Assembly: GCA_027451665.1 (NCBI GenBank) | Contig: DAIDIW010000002.1 | Location: forward strand, 48,251-112,250 | From: Candidatus Kaiserbacteria bacterium | GTDB taxonomy: Bacteria; Patescibacteriota; Minisyncoccia; Phycocordibacterales; Phycocordibacteraceae | Direction: 5' to 3' | Length of the DNA stretch: 64,000 nucleotides | In this document: piece after piece, positions 9,699 through 18,908 of the stretch | How positions within the stretch are numbered: the stretch's first letter is position 1 | How the letters are laid out: the number at the start of each line of letters is the position of its first letter | The notes under the pieces: generated by a model | What the model saw: the letters and a program-made list of their open reading frames with translations, nothing else | The model's database searches: none | What the model was told of the DNA's origin: nothing | Translations under genes and position numbers: made by a program

Positions 9699-11495
9699 TT
9701 AGCCGCCGATGGCCCGGAAGGCCCCGCCGCCCCTGAAGCTTCCGTTTCCCCCGAAGCGCGAGGTGGCATTGGCAGCAGCTGACGGGACCGCTGCCGCGCT
9801 CGTCGTAGTCTCGGTCACTACCTCCTCACCGGCGACCAGGCCTTGTTCGACGATGGTATTCGTATCATCGGTGAGTCCTGTGCGCACGAACACGCGTTCG
9901 GGCGGCGTCGCGCTTGGCACACCGGGTGCGGTCTCGCTGCCGGCGAGCGGCGTTTTGAATACCTCCACATAGCTCTGACTGCCGGATGTCTTTATCGCGC
10001 TGCTCGGGACCGTAAGCCCCGTCTCGGTGCCGGTTACGATCTCGGCGGTCGCACTCATACCGGGCAGAACCTTAGCGTTCGGCGTATCAAAAGTGATGAT
10101 GGCGTCATAGGAGACGACGCCCTGGTTCGCCGATCCGAGCGTATCGACCGCGGAGACCGTGCCGGCAATCGTGACACTCGGCAGCGCATCGAAAGTGAGC
10201 GTTGCCTTCTGTCCCGTTTTCAGCTTCGCCGCATCGACCTCGTTCACGGAAATGTCGACGGTCTGTTGTCGGGAGACCAGCGTTGCGACGGCAGTGCCCA
10301 GCGCGGCTTCATCGAACCGCTTCACGTCGACTGAGGCGATCGTGCCGGAGAATGGCGCTGTCACCGTGTAGTCAGCTACCGTTTGTTGCGCATTTGTCAC
10401 CGCCTGTTCAGCCTGCTCGAGCGCGAGCTGCGCCTGCTGCACGGTGAGGGCGTTACTACCGCCCTGCGTCACCTGCAACGTATTCTGCGCCTGGGCGAGA
10501 GATTGTTCTGCAGAAACGATGTTCGACTGTATGGTAAGCGCGGTCGCGAGGTCGTTGCTCATGGTCGTCGCGTCGGATGCGGTTGTCGTGAGCAATGCAT
10601 TCAGGACCGTACTCGACTTCAGATTGTAAGTCGTGTAGTCGTTATTTACCCGATCAAAAAAATCGTGCACGTTTTTCACTGCTTCAGCCATCGCTTGGGT
10701 GGCGGTATAGGTGGTTTGGGCGAGCGAGACGAGCTCGTCATTGGTGGCGGTGAGCGCGGTGGCCTTATAGGAAGAGGCAGCCGTGTTATAGGCCGCTACG
10801 GCCGCGGTGTAGGACGTCTGTGCGGCATTCTTGTAGATGCCGATCGAGTTGTCATATTGCGAGACCGTATCGGCGAATGCGTCCACATTGTCCTGGGTCG
10901 TACGGCCAGGCACGTTCTGGTCGTTCAGCGAATGGTCAAGGTCGTTCTGGACCGTCGACAGATCGCTATAGATATTCGACAGGGAAGCGTACGACGCGTC
11001 ATGCGTCTTTTGAAGCGCAGTCTGCGCATTCGTAACGCCGTTCTGGGCCGTGAGCAGGTTGAGCGAGAGCGTGGAAGACGCGGTCGCCTGTTCGTAGGAG
11101 AGCTGCTCGTTCTTAAGCGACAGCTCGGCGTTATGAAGCGTTTGAAGCGCATCGGTCGCGTCAAGCTGTGCGACGGCTTGCCCGGCGATCACCTGTTCAC
11201 CAGGCGTGACATAGACGGCCGTCACTTGACCCGAGGCTTTCGGCGTCAAGGGAAGCTCGTCCGACGCGCTTACCTGGCCGGTCTCGGTCATGCTCGCGAC
11301 GACCGTACTGGTCGCGACCCGGGCGGTCACATACAGAGTCTGCGACGGTGCGGCGGTAATCGCGACATACGCTTCATACCCGCCGTACAGCAACGCGATT
11401 GCGATCAAGAAGCTCCAGAAAGGATGTGAGCGGGCGAAGGCGCGGGCGGCCAGGTATGCTGATTCGGGTACGCGGGAGCGCGAGGCGGCGGCCAT
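9699..11495 (-). CDS. MacA/HlyD-type periplasmic adaptor subunit
   Basis: TM, lipoyl half-motifs (SGQVTAVYV, APFSGTI), long coiled coil, LPGMSATAEI. Confidence 0.88.
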   Translation of the reverse strand: MAAASRSRVPESAYLAARAFARSHPFWSFLIAIALLYGGYEAYVAITAAPSQTLYVTARVATSTVVASMTETGQVSASDELPLTPKASGQVTAVYVTPGEQVIAGQAVAQLDATDALQTLHNAELSLKNEQLSYEQATASSTLSLNLLTAQNGVTNAQTALQKTHDASYASLSNIYSDLSTVQNDLDHSLNDQNVPGRTTQDNVDAFADTVSQYDNSIGIYKNAAQTSYTAAVAAYNTAASSYKATALTATNDELVSLAQTTYTATQAMAEAVKNVHDFFDRVNNDYTTYNLKSSTVLNALLTTTASDATTMSNDLATALTIQSNIVSAEQSLAQAQNTLQVTQGGSNALTVQQAQLALEQAEQAVTNAQQTVADYTVTAPFSGTIASVDVKRFDEAALGTAVATLVSRQQTVDISVNEVDAAKLKTGQKATLTFDALPSVTIAGTVSAVDTLGSANQGVVSYDAIITFDTPNAKVLPGMSATAEIVTGTETGLTVPSSAIKTSGSQSYVEVFKTPLAGSETAPGVPSATPPERVFVRTGLTDDTNTIVEQGLVAGEEVVTETTTSAAAVPSAAANATSRFGGNGSFRGGGAFRAIGG

Positions 11496-11572
11496 AGGAG
11501 TTAGTAAGGTTATTTAAGTATCGGCTTTCATAGTACTACGTTTCCCGGCCCTCTTTCCTTCAGGAAAGAGGG

Positions 11573-11606
11573 AGCCCGTAGATCCGCATGATCGGATCTA
11601 CGGGCT
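11573..11606. terminator. Hairpin downstream of the 11610-11939 gene
   Basis: AGCCCGTAGATCCG / CGGATCTACGGGCT inverted repeat. Confidence 0.55.
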
Positions 11607-11609
11607 TGT

Positions 11610-11939
11610 TCATTTACGCGATTGCCAGGGACCTTGCTTCTTTTCCTTCCGCCACATGACACGAGCGGCGATGCACAGAGCGAACGCCGCTGTCATCCCG
11701 CCCACGAAGGCACAATCGCTGTACCGCCATCCTTCGATAATCCCGACAAGTAAGCTGAAGCTGAAGCCCACGGCTAGCGCCGTGAACGCCAGGAATGCGA
11801 GCGCGATCTGCTTCGCACGCACATGATTCCATACGAGCAGAAATCCGCAGAAGCCGACCGCGAAAGAGATGGTAAGCGCTTCGTGCGGCCGCGTTGCCTC
11901 GTAGCGCATGACGACCGTCAGTATCCGGTGAGCTTCCAT
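11610..11939 (-). CDS. Hypothetical 3-TM protein
   Basis: AAGGAGGT Shine-Dalgarno before MEAHRIL; three hydrophobic stretches. Confidence 0.6.
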   Translation of the reverse strand: MEAHRILTVVMRYEATRPHEALTISFAVGFCGFLLVWNHVRAKQIALAFLAFTALAVGFSFSLLVGIIEGWRYSDCAFVGGMTAAFALCIAARVMWRKEKKQGPWQSRK

Positions 11940-12006
11940 AGCCACCTCCTTCAATTTCTGCACCCATAGTGCCACGGACGGCGCGGGAAGGGAACCCAGG
12001 TTCCGG

Positions 12007-13704
12007 TCAGACTCCGGTGATCATGTCTTTCCGGATATCCTCGAATGTGCCGCCCACTTTTTTCCCCGGGTTCAGGATGTTAAGCGGATCGAACGCGTTT
12101 TTCGTGCGCTCGAAGAGCGCTTCCATCTCCGGCCCGAAAAGCTGCGCGAGATACGGGGTCCGGATAATGCCGTCGTTATGTTCGCCGGTCGTCGTCCCGC
12201 CCGCCCCGATTACCAGGTCGTAGACTTTCGGCGCAAGCTCGAGCACTACCTCGCGATTTTCCTTCCTCGAGAGATCCATGAGCGGAATGATATGGAAATT
12301 GCCATTACCGATGTGGCCCGCGATCGTATAGATGAAATGACTCTTGTATTGATCGAGCAGCGCGTCGAGTTTCGGAAGAAAGGTGGGATAGGTCTCCGGC
12401 GGGACGACGAAGTCATCAATGAACGGGCTCGCATAGAGGCCATGCAGGTTCTTGCGCAGCAAGGAGAAGGATTCTCGTCGCACGATCCAGAATTTCTCAG
12501 ACTCCCTCTCGTTGCGCTCGATCTTCGTGCGGATAGGCAGTCCAAGCAGAGCATTTTTCGCCGCGACCGCCTTGCGGTCGGCTTCAGCCGTCGAGTCTTC
12601 GGCAAATTCCGCCATGAGCACGAGTTTCGGCACGCCGCCTGCGGCCACCATGGCGGCCTCCGGTATGAAATCGATGCCAAGCCGTACCGCGCGCGTCCAG
12701 CCCATCTGGCGGAGCATATCCGGAAGGAAACGGACGGCGAGTTCGAACGTCTTATCGTCGTAGCTCTCGAACGACTCGGGCTTCGTCGGGAGCACGCGCT
12801 TCACCACTTCGGGCAGGATGGCAAGATCCGAGAGGAAGATGACGAGCATCGCGCGGTGCTCCTTCGGTGTCACGAGTCCGAGTCGCGCCTTGGTCCAGAG
12901 CGCGAGTGTCCCCTGGCTGCCGCACACGAGTCGCGCGAGATTCATGTTGCCGGTCGTGAAGTCGCGTACATTCCAGAGGGCGTACCCGGCGGAATTCTTC
13001 GATACGCGCGGCGTATGGGCAGCGATGACATCTGCGTGTTTTGTAAGCAGCTCGTCCATTTCGCGATAGATCGCACCCTCGAGATCCTGCTGACGCTTCT
13101 TGTCCCCGACCTCTTCGGGAGAGAGCGGTTTGAACGTGGTCTGCGTGCCGTCAGAGAGCACGACATCCATCTCCTCGATGTAGTTTTCCGTCTTGCCGTA
13201 TTCGAGCGTACGTTCGCCGCCGGAATTGTTGGCGACGATGCCGCCCATGGCACAGAGTTCGCGACTCGCGGGGTAGGAGGGAAGGATGAGATTTTCTTTG
13301 AGCGTCTCCCTCTCAAAGTCACGATAGTAGACGCCCGGCTCGGTAACCGCATAGCCGGTCGGGTCGGTCGGTGCGTGCGCCTGCGCGCCGCTACGCGCGA
13401 CGTCAAGCACACGATTCATGTGCTCGGTGAAGGATATGACGACGCCGGGCGTGAGCGGTCCGCCGCTCATATCCGTGCCGGCCGAACGACCGGCGAGGCA
13501 GATGTTGGCGCCTGCGCGTTTCGCGTCATATATCTCCTTCACAACGGCTGCCACATCAGCTGCATCTTTCGGACAGACGACGAGCTCCGGCCGTACCTCA
13601 AAGAGCGAGGTGTCGCGGCTGTTTTTGGCGAGCGTGGCCTCATCGTCCTTCACCTCGCCTTTCACACGACGCGAGAGCTCCTGCTTCAGGTCGTATTCCG
13701 TCAT
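12007..13704 (-). CDS. FAD-linked oxidoreductase (GlcD/D-lactate dehydrogenase family)
   Basis: RSAGTDMSGG, GGIVANNSGG, GSQGTL, GHIGNGNFH, GEHNDG, FDPLNILNPGK. Confidence 0.9.
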   Translation of the reverse strand: MTEYDLKQELSRRVKGEVKDDEATLAKNSRDTSLFEVRPELVVCPKDAADVAAVVKEIYDAKRAGANICLAGRSAGTDMSGGPLTPGVVISFTEHMNRVLDVARSGAQAHAPTDPTGYAVTEPGVYYRDFERETLKENLILPSYPASRELCAMGGIVANNSGGERTLEYGKTENYIEEMDVVLSDGTQTTFKPLSPEEVGDKKRQQDLEGAIYREMDELLTKHADVIAAHTPRVSKNSAGYALWNVRDFTTGNMNLARLVCGSQGTLALWTKARLGLVTPKEHRAMLVIFLSDLAILPEVVKRVLPTKPESFESYDDKTFELAVRFLPDMLRQMGWTRAVRLGIDFIPEAAMVAAGGVPKLVLMAEFAEDSTAEADRKAVAAKNALLGLPIRTKIERNERESEKFWIVRRESFSLLRKNLHGLYASPFIDDFVVPPETYPTFLPKLDALLDQYKSHFIYTIAGHIGNGNFHIIPLMDLSRKENREVVLELAPKVYDLVIGAGGTTTGEHNDGIIRTPYLAQLFGPEMEALFERTKNAFDPLNILNPGKKVGGTFEDIRKDMITGV

Positions 13705-13865
13705 TTGTTTGAGTATACCCCGGGAGTAAGGTACGAACGTGTGTACAGCGCGCAGGCGCTTTACGCGCACGTTATGAGACGGCGAGCAGGGTGGGAGGAG
13801 GCCTCCAATCGAACATGCTTCGTGTCGTATACTCTGGATGTTGCGATACGCGCACGGAAATCCTC

Positions 13866-14297
13866 ATGAAGCACCTAGTCCGTATCCTGGTCTATGCCGT
13901 CGTAACCATCGCGGGCCTCACGCTCCCCTATTATGGGCACGATTATGGGCACGAACAGGGCCCGCAGCCGGTTGTGCCGAGTATGTCGCGCGCTACGTCG
14001 ATCGCTACAGGCGTGCGCGGTTCCGTGCTGCTCGGAGCAGCCTGCCCGTTCCCTTTGGGCGCCATAACCGGCACGCCTTACCGAGCTGCAGTGACTGCCG
14101 TACGCCGCGGCACCACGAAGCCGATTGCAAACGTGCGCGCCGGCGCTGACGGGAGCTTCTTGCTCGCGCTTACGCCTGGCGCGTATACGCTCTCCGCGTA
14201 TACCGCGAAGACCTCCCCGGTCTGTCTGCCGCTCGAACTCACGGTGCCCGCGACAGGCTATGCGCTCGCAACAATCTGTTGTACGGCCGCCCCCTGA
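13866..14297 (+). CDS. Exported protein with carboxypeptidase-regulatory-like beta-sandwich
   Basis: Signal/TM; GVRGSVLLG..CP, ADGSFLLALTPGAYTL. Confidence 0.55.
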   Translation: MKHLVRILVYAVVTIAGLTLPYYGHDYGHEQGPQPVVPSMSRATSIATGVRGSVLLGAACPFPLGAITGTPYRAAVTAVRRGTTKPIANVRAGADGSFLLALTPGAYTLSAYTAKTSPVCLPLELTVPATGYALATICCTAAP

Positions 14298-14327
14298 GCC
14301 CTCGACCACTTTGTTACAATCGGGAGC

Positions 14328-16001
14328 ATGACGCAGGCGGAAGCGCTTTCCATACTGAAGACCGGCGCGAACGTCTTCCTCACGGGAGAGCCGGGGAGCG
14401 GGAAAACGCACACTGTAAACGCGTTCATCACCTGGCTGCGCTCCTGCGGCATCGAGCCGTCCGTGACTGCCGCGACCGGCATCGCCGCTACGCACGTCTC
14501 GGGCATGACGCTCCATTCCTGGAGCGGTATCGGCATCCAGGACGCGCTCTCGCCCGCGGATATCGATCGCATCGCGTCCCACGAATCGGTGGCGCGCCGC
14601 ATAACGAAGGCAAAGTTGCTCATCATCGACGAGATATCGATGCTCTCTGCGTCTACGTTCGAGGCCGCGGATGCGGTCTGTCGGGAGGTCCGGCGCGATA
14701 CACGTCCGTTCGGCGGCCTCACACTCATCCTCGTCGGAGACTTCTTCCAGCTGCCGCCCGTATCGCGAGGCGCGGACGCCGCATTCGCGTTCACTTCGGA
14801 GACCTGGCGCGCCCTCAATCCGATCACGTGCTACCTCACCGAACAGTACCGCCAGGATGACGACGTGTTCCTCTCGGTGCTCTCCGCGATACGCGAAGGC
14901 TGCGTCGAAGAGCTCCAGTACGAAGTGCTCATGCGGCGGCAGGTGACGGACGGACCGCCCGCAGATGCACCGAGGTTGTTCTCCCATAATGCTGACGTGG
15001 ACCGTCTGAATGCCGAGGCACTCGCGGCGCTGCCAGGCGCTTCCCGGAAATTCCTCATGAGATCGAGCGGGAAGGAGACGCTCGTCGAAGCCCTGAAGCG
15101 CGGATGCCTGTCGCCGGAAGTGCTCGAGGTGAAGGAGGGCGCGCGCGCGATGTTCACGAAGAACTCGCCGCAAGGGAAGTTCGTCAACGGCACTCTCGGC
15201 ACTGTCGTCGGGTTTGCGCCGGGGAGCGCGCTTCCGATCGTTGAGACGTCGACGGGACGCACGGTTGAAGCTGAACCTATGGAGTGGCAGATCGAAGAGA
15301 ACGGAAAAGTGCGGGCCACGGTGACGCAGGTGCCGCTTCGGCTCGCGTACGCGATGACCGTTCATAAAAGCCAGGGACTCTCGATGGATGCGGCCGTCAT
15401 TGACCTATCGCGCGCCTTCGAGTACGGGCAAGGGTATGTCGCCCTCAGCCGCGTCAGACGTCTCGACGGGCTTCACCTGCTCGGCATGAATCAGCGCGCG
15501 CTCGAAGTGCACCCGCAGATCCGCGAGCAGGATTTTTCCTTCCGGCAAGCGTCAGAAACCGCTGCGGAGACATTCGCGGCGCTGCCGCGCGCAGAGCTCG
15601 AAGGGCTTCAGAAGCAGTTCGTGAAGGCGTTCGGTGGCGCCTGGCCCAAGGAGGGTTTCGCGACGCCGGCGTCTAAAGGCCGCATCCGCATGGACGGCGG
15701 CTTGCCTGGGCGGCTCGCGGAAACCTTGCAGACCGTGCGCGACACGAAGGATCTGAAAGAGGCCGCACGAGCGCGCGGCCTCGCGGTCTCGACCATTCTG
15801 CGCCACCTCGAAGAGCTTAACGAGCTCGGTCAGCTCGCGCGCGCGGACTTCGAGCACTTGTTCACTGATCGCCGCGGGCTTCACGAAATCCGTGAAGCGT
15901 TCCGGCAGGAACCGGGCGATACGCTCTCCCCGGTATTCCACGCCCTAGGCGGGAAGTACTCCTTTGAGACCATCCGTCTTGCGCGCTTGCTGAGATCCTG
16001 A
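14328..16001 (+). CDS. PIF1-family helicase with C-terminal HTH
   Basis: GEPGSGKT, IIDEISM, GDFFQLPPV, AYAMTVHKSQG, YVALSRV. Confidence 0.92.
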   Translation: MTQAEALSILKTGANVFLTGEPGSGKTHTVNAFITWLRSCGIEPSVTAATGIAATHVSGMTLHSWSGIGIQDALSPADIDRIASHESVARRITKAKLLIIDEISMLSASTFEAADAVCREVRRDTRPFGGLTLILVGDFFQLPPVSRGADAAFAFTSETWRALNPITCYLTEQYRQDDDVFLSVLSAIREGCVEELQYEVLMRRQVTDGPPADAPRLFSHNADVDRLNAEALAALPGASRKFLMRSSGKETLVEALKRGCLSPEVLEVKEGARAMFTKNSPQGKFVNGTLGTVVGFAPGSALPIVETSTGRTVEAEPMEWQIEENGKVRATVTQVPLRLAYAMTVHKSQGLSMDAAVIDLSRAFEYGQGYVALSRVRRLDGLHLLGMNQRALEVHPQIREQDFSFRQASETAAETFAALPRAELEGLQKQFVKAFGGAWPKEGFATPASKGRIRMDGGLPGRLAETLQTVRDTKDLKEAARARGLAVSTILRHLEELNELGQLARADFEHLFTDRRGLHEIREAFRQEPGDTLSPVFHALGGKYSFETIRLARLLRS

Positions 16002-18395
16002 GCCGCCCGGCTCCTTCAGGTGACCGAGCACGGCGAAGGTCAGCATCTTGAATACCTCCGCGCTCTGCATCCAGAAGAACGACCAGATCCATACGAATCC
16101 GACGACCCAGAGTGGTATCGCTGCCGTGAAGAACCCGGCAAGCGCCCAGGCGGTCGCCAAGAGTTGTGTGGCGCTCGTCGCGGAAATGACCTGCCAGGAG
16201 GGGAGGTAATCGAACCAGCGCCGTTCGGTGTGCGCGACGTAGATGAGCATGTGGCCTGACACGACGAGCTGGAGGAAGAAGAGCGTTTGGATCCATGGCC
16301 ACGGCAGGTGCAGGTAGTAATAGACGATGACCAGGAGCAGCACGCTGTTCAAGACGCCGGAAAGCCCGTAGAGGAACGAGAGCACCGCGCGGCGCATGCG
16401 ATCGATGGCGGCGGGTGCCCGCGGGACCTTCACGCGATCGAAGGCTATGGAAATGATCGGTACATCGTTCAGGAAGGCGAGCAAGAGCACCTGGATCGGC
16501 GTGAGCGGATAATTGCCGACCCACACGCCGATGATGAGTATCGTCATGACGAGCGCTGCACTCTCGGACATACGGTAGAGAGAATAGTGGTACACGCGCA
16601 TGAAGACCATGCGCGCCTGGTGGATTGCGGTTGCGATCACGGAGAGCCCGTTCGTGAGGAGCACGATATCCGCCGTCTCGCGCAATGCGTCGACCGAGTG
16701 TGCGACTGCGATACCGACGTCCGCATCGGAAACCGACGGGATATCGTTCGCACCATCGCCCGTAACCGCGACGCGGTAACGTTTCTTCGCCGCTTCGACG
16801 GCGGCGTATTTGTCCTTCGGCAGTACTTCGGCGAATCCTGCCGCGTCGGGAAGTGCTTCTTCGAGGCGTGCTTCGTCGGCAAAGACCGAACGGTCGTAGA
16901 TTTTTCCTTCGAGCCCAAGTTCGCTCGCGACTTCCCGCGCGATCGGAAGGCCGTCGCCAGTGAGCATCTTCACTGTTATGCCGCGTTCGCGCATCGTCGC
17001 TACGGTGGACGACGCGTCAGCACGCAGGGTATCCGCAAGGAAAAGGACGCCGACCGGTTCCATCCCTTTCTCCTCGAGGCCGTGCGCATTCACCGAGACG
17101 AGGAGAGATCGATCGCCGCGGCCTGCCGCCTTATCAATCGCCTCCTTGAACACTCGGCTCGTGACTGAGGTGAAGCGCGAGAGATCCGCCACGGTAGGTG
17201 GCGCGCCGAGGGTCACGATCCAGGTCTTACCCTCGCGCTCGATCGTCGCGGTGCTGCGTTTGCGTACCGAGTCGCCCGGGATGAGCTTCTTCTGGAGCGG
17301 CAGCGCGAGATGCCTCTTGGCCGCCGCTTCGCGGATCGCGGTCTCGAGCGGATTCGTTTCTGCGGCGTCGGTCGCAGCGGCTGCAAGCGCAAGCGCGTCA
17401 TCCTCCTTCCAGCTCCCGAAGGTGACGAGCGAAGCCACCTTTATCTTATTTTCCGTAAGCGTCCCCGTCTTGTCAGAGAGCAGGAGATTCACGTTCGCAA
17501 AATCCTCGAGCGCCGAAAGACGCCGGACGGCAGCGCCCCCTTCCGCGACCTTAATGACGCCTGCGGTGATGATGAGGGACATAACCGTCGGGAGAGCGAC
17601 CGGAATGCCGGCGATAAGGAGCGAGATATCGAGCGTCGCGAGGTCCGTGAGCGAACTGCCGTGGAGGAGCAATACGACCGTGAGCAGGGCGATCGCGACG
17701 AGCGCGAGCGCAGCAAGGAGCTTCGAGATGGAGAGGATGTCTTCCTCGAGGAGGCTGCGCTTGCGCGCAAACTCGAGCGTCTTCACGGCAGCGCCGAAAT
17801 AGGTGCGATTGCCGGTCTTTGTGACGAGGGCTTCCGCAGCGCCTGCCGTGACGAACGCCGCCGAATAGACGGTATCGCCCTCCGACTTGTCCTTCGGGAG
17901 CGATTCACCGGTGAGCATCGATTCATTCACACTCAGGTTGGTCGCGGTGAGGAGCTGGGCGTCCGCGGGTATCCTCGTGCCGACACGCAGCGCGATTCGG
18001 TCGCCCGGGACAATTTGTGCGGCCGGGAGCTGCTTCCACGCGCCATCGCGGAGCACGCGCGCGGTCGCTGCGAGATGTTGTTCGAGCTTCTCTACGGCCT
18101 GATCGGCCTTGTGCTCATGCCAGACCTGGATGCCGTAATTGGCGAGAAGCAGGAAAAGTATGAGACCGCCGTCCGCTTCCTTCCCGGTTGCGTAAGAGAG
18201 TCCTGCTGCTGCGAGCAGCATGAGCGGGATGGGGGAGAAGAACCAGCGCAGGAACTTGAGGATAGCGCTTTCCCGTTTTGTGGCGAGCTCGTTCGGTCCG
18301 TACTGTGCAAGACGGCGGCTCGCCTCGGCCTCGGAGAGACCGGTAGAAGCGTCCGCGTGCGAGCGCGCGGCGTACGTGACAGCGGCAGTACTCAC
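15945..18395 (-). CDS. P-type ATPase, P3A (H+-exporting) type
   Basis: TGES, GIPVALP, DKTGTLT, MLTGD, FAEVLPKDKY, TGDGAND, LND in M6. Confidence 0.88.
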   Translation of the reverse strand: MSTAAVTYAARSHADASTGLSEAEASRRLAQYGPNELATKRESAILKFLRWFFSPIPLMLLAAAGLSYATGKEADGGLILFLLLANYGIQVWHEHKADQAVEKLEQHLAATARVLRDGAWKQLPAAQIVPGDRIALRVGTRIPADAQLLTATNLSVNESMLTGESLPKDKSEGDTVYSAAFVTAGAAEALVTKTGNRTYFGAAVKTLEFARKRSLLEEDILSISKLLAALALVAIALLTVVLLLHGSSLTDLATLDISLLIAGIPVALPTVMSLIITAGVIKVAEGGAAVRRLSALEDFANVNLLLSDKTGTLTENKIKVASLVTFGSWKEDDALALAAAATDAAETNPLETAIREAAAKRHLALPLQKKLIPGDSVRKRSTATIEREGKTWIVTLGAPPTVADLSRFTSVTSRVFKEAIDKAAGRGDRSLLVSVNAHGLEEKGMEPVGVLFLADTLRADASSTVATMRERGITVKMLTGDGLPIAREVASELGLEGKIYDRSVFADEARLEEALPDAAGFAEVLPKDKYAAVEAAKKRYRVAVTGDGANDIPSVSDADVGIAVAHSVDALRETADIVLLTNGLSVIATAIHQARMVFMRVYHYSLYRMSESAALVMTILIIGVWVGNYPLTPIQVLLLAFLNDVPIISIAFDRVKVPRAPAAIDRMRRAVLSFLYGLSGVLNSVLLLVIVYYYLHLPWPWIQTLFFLQLVVSGHMLIYVAHTERRWFDYLPSWQVISATSATQLLATAWALAGFFTAAIPLWVVGFVWIWSFFWMQSAEVFKMLTFAVLGHLKEPGGSGSQQARKTDGLKGVLPA

Positions 18396-18410
18396 GATTC
18401 CCTGAAGCGA

Positions 18411-18839
18411 TTAGCGGCGCGCGCGTGCGAAATGGAAGCTCGAGTACGACAGATACGCCGCGACGAATACGCCAACCCACGAGAGCCAGAGCGGGATCGC
18501 AAAGCCGCCAAGTATGAGATTCCAGCCGAACATGAGGCGGCAGAGATGCACGAGAGCCACGATAAGGAAGATGAGTCCGGCGAGATTGAGGAGCGTGCGC
18601 TCGGACGGGGAAGAGATGGGGAGCTTCATGTTCCAGCCGAAATGTATGAGCAGGAGCAGCAGCGCACCATCAAAGACAACGATCTCAGGGATTGCCTGGC
18701 TGGTCCAGGTGACGCCGAGGAGCGTCATGGGCAAAAGTCCGGTGGCCGAGAGCCAGAGCGCGCTGATAAGGTCTGCGAGCACGAGACCAGAACCTACTTT
18801 CGCGATCTCACGGAGCGTTCGATGATTCATAGATGGCAT
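18411..18839 (-). CDS. Hypothetical 4-TM protein
   Basis: Hydrophobic ORF with VALVHLCRL...IPLWLSW; co-oriented with the ATPase. Confidence 0.7.
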   Translation of the reverse strand: MPSMNHRTLREIAKVGSGLVLADLISALWLSATGLLPMTLLGVTWTSQAIPEIVVFDGALLLLLIHFGWNMKLPISSPSERTLLNLAGLIFLIVALVHLCRLMFGWNLILGGFAIPLWLSWVGVFVAAYLSYSSFHFARARR

Positions 18840-18908
18840 GCTGAGCGGATATGCCTTCAGTATGACGTACTCATTGACGCAGGAAAGCAGTGAACGTGCA
18901 TAACTTTG

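Noticed and set aside
12178-18893. Long opposite-strand ORFs (12178-13869, 13875-15365, 17310-18893)
   Set aside because: Shadows of well-supported genes in GC-rich DNA
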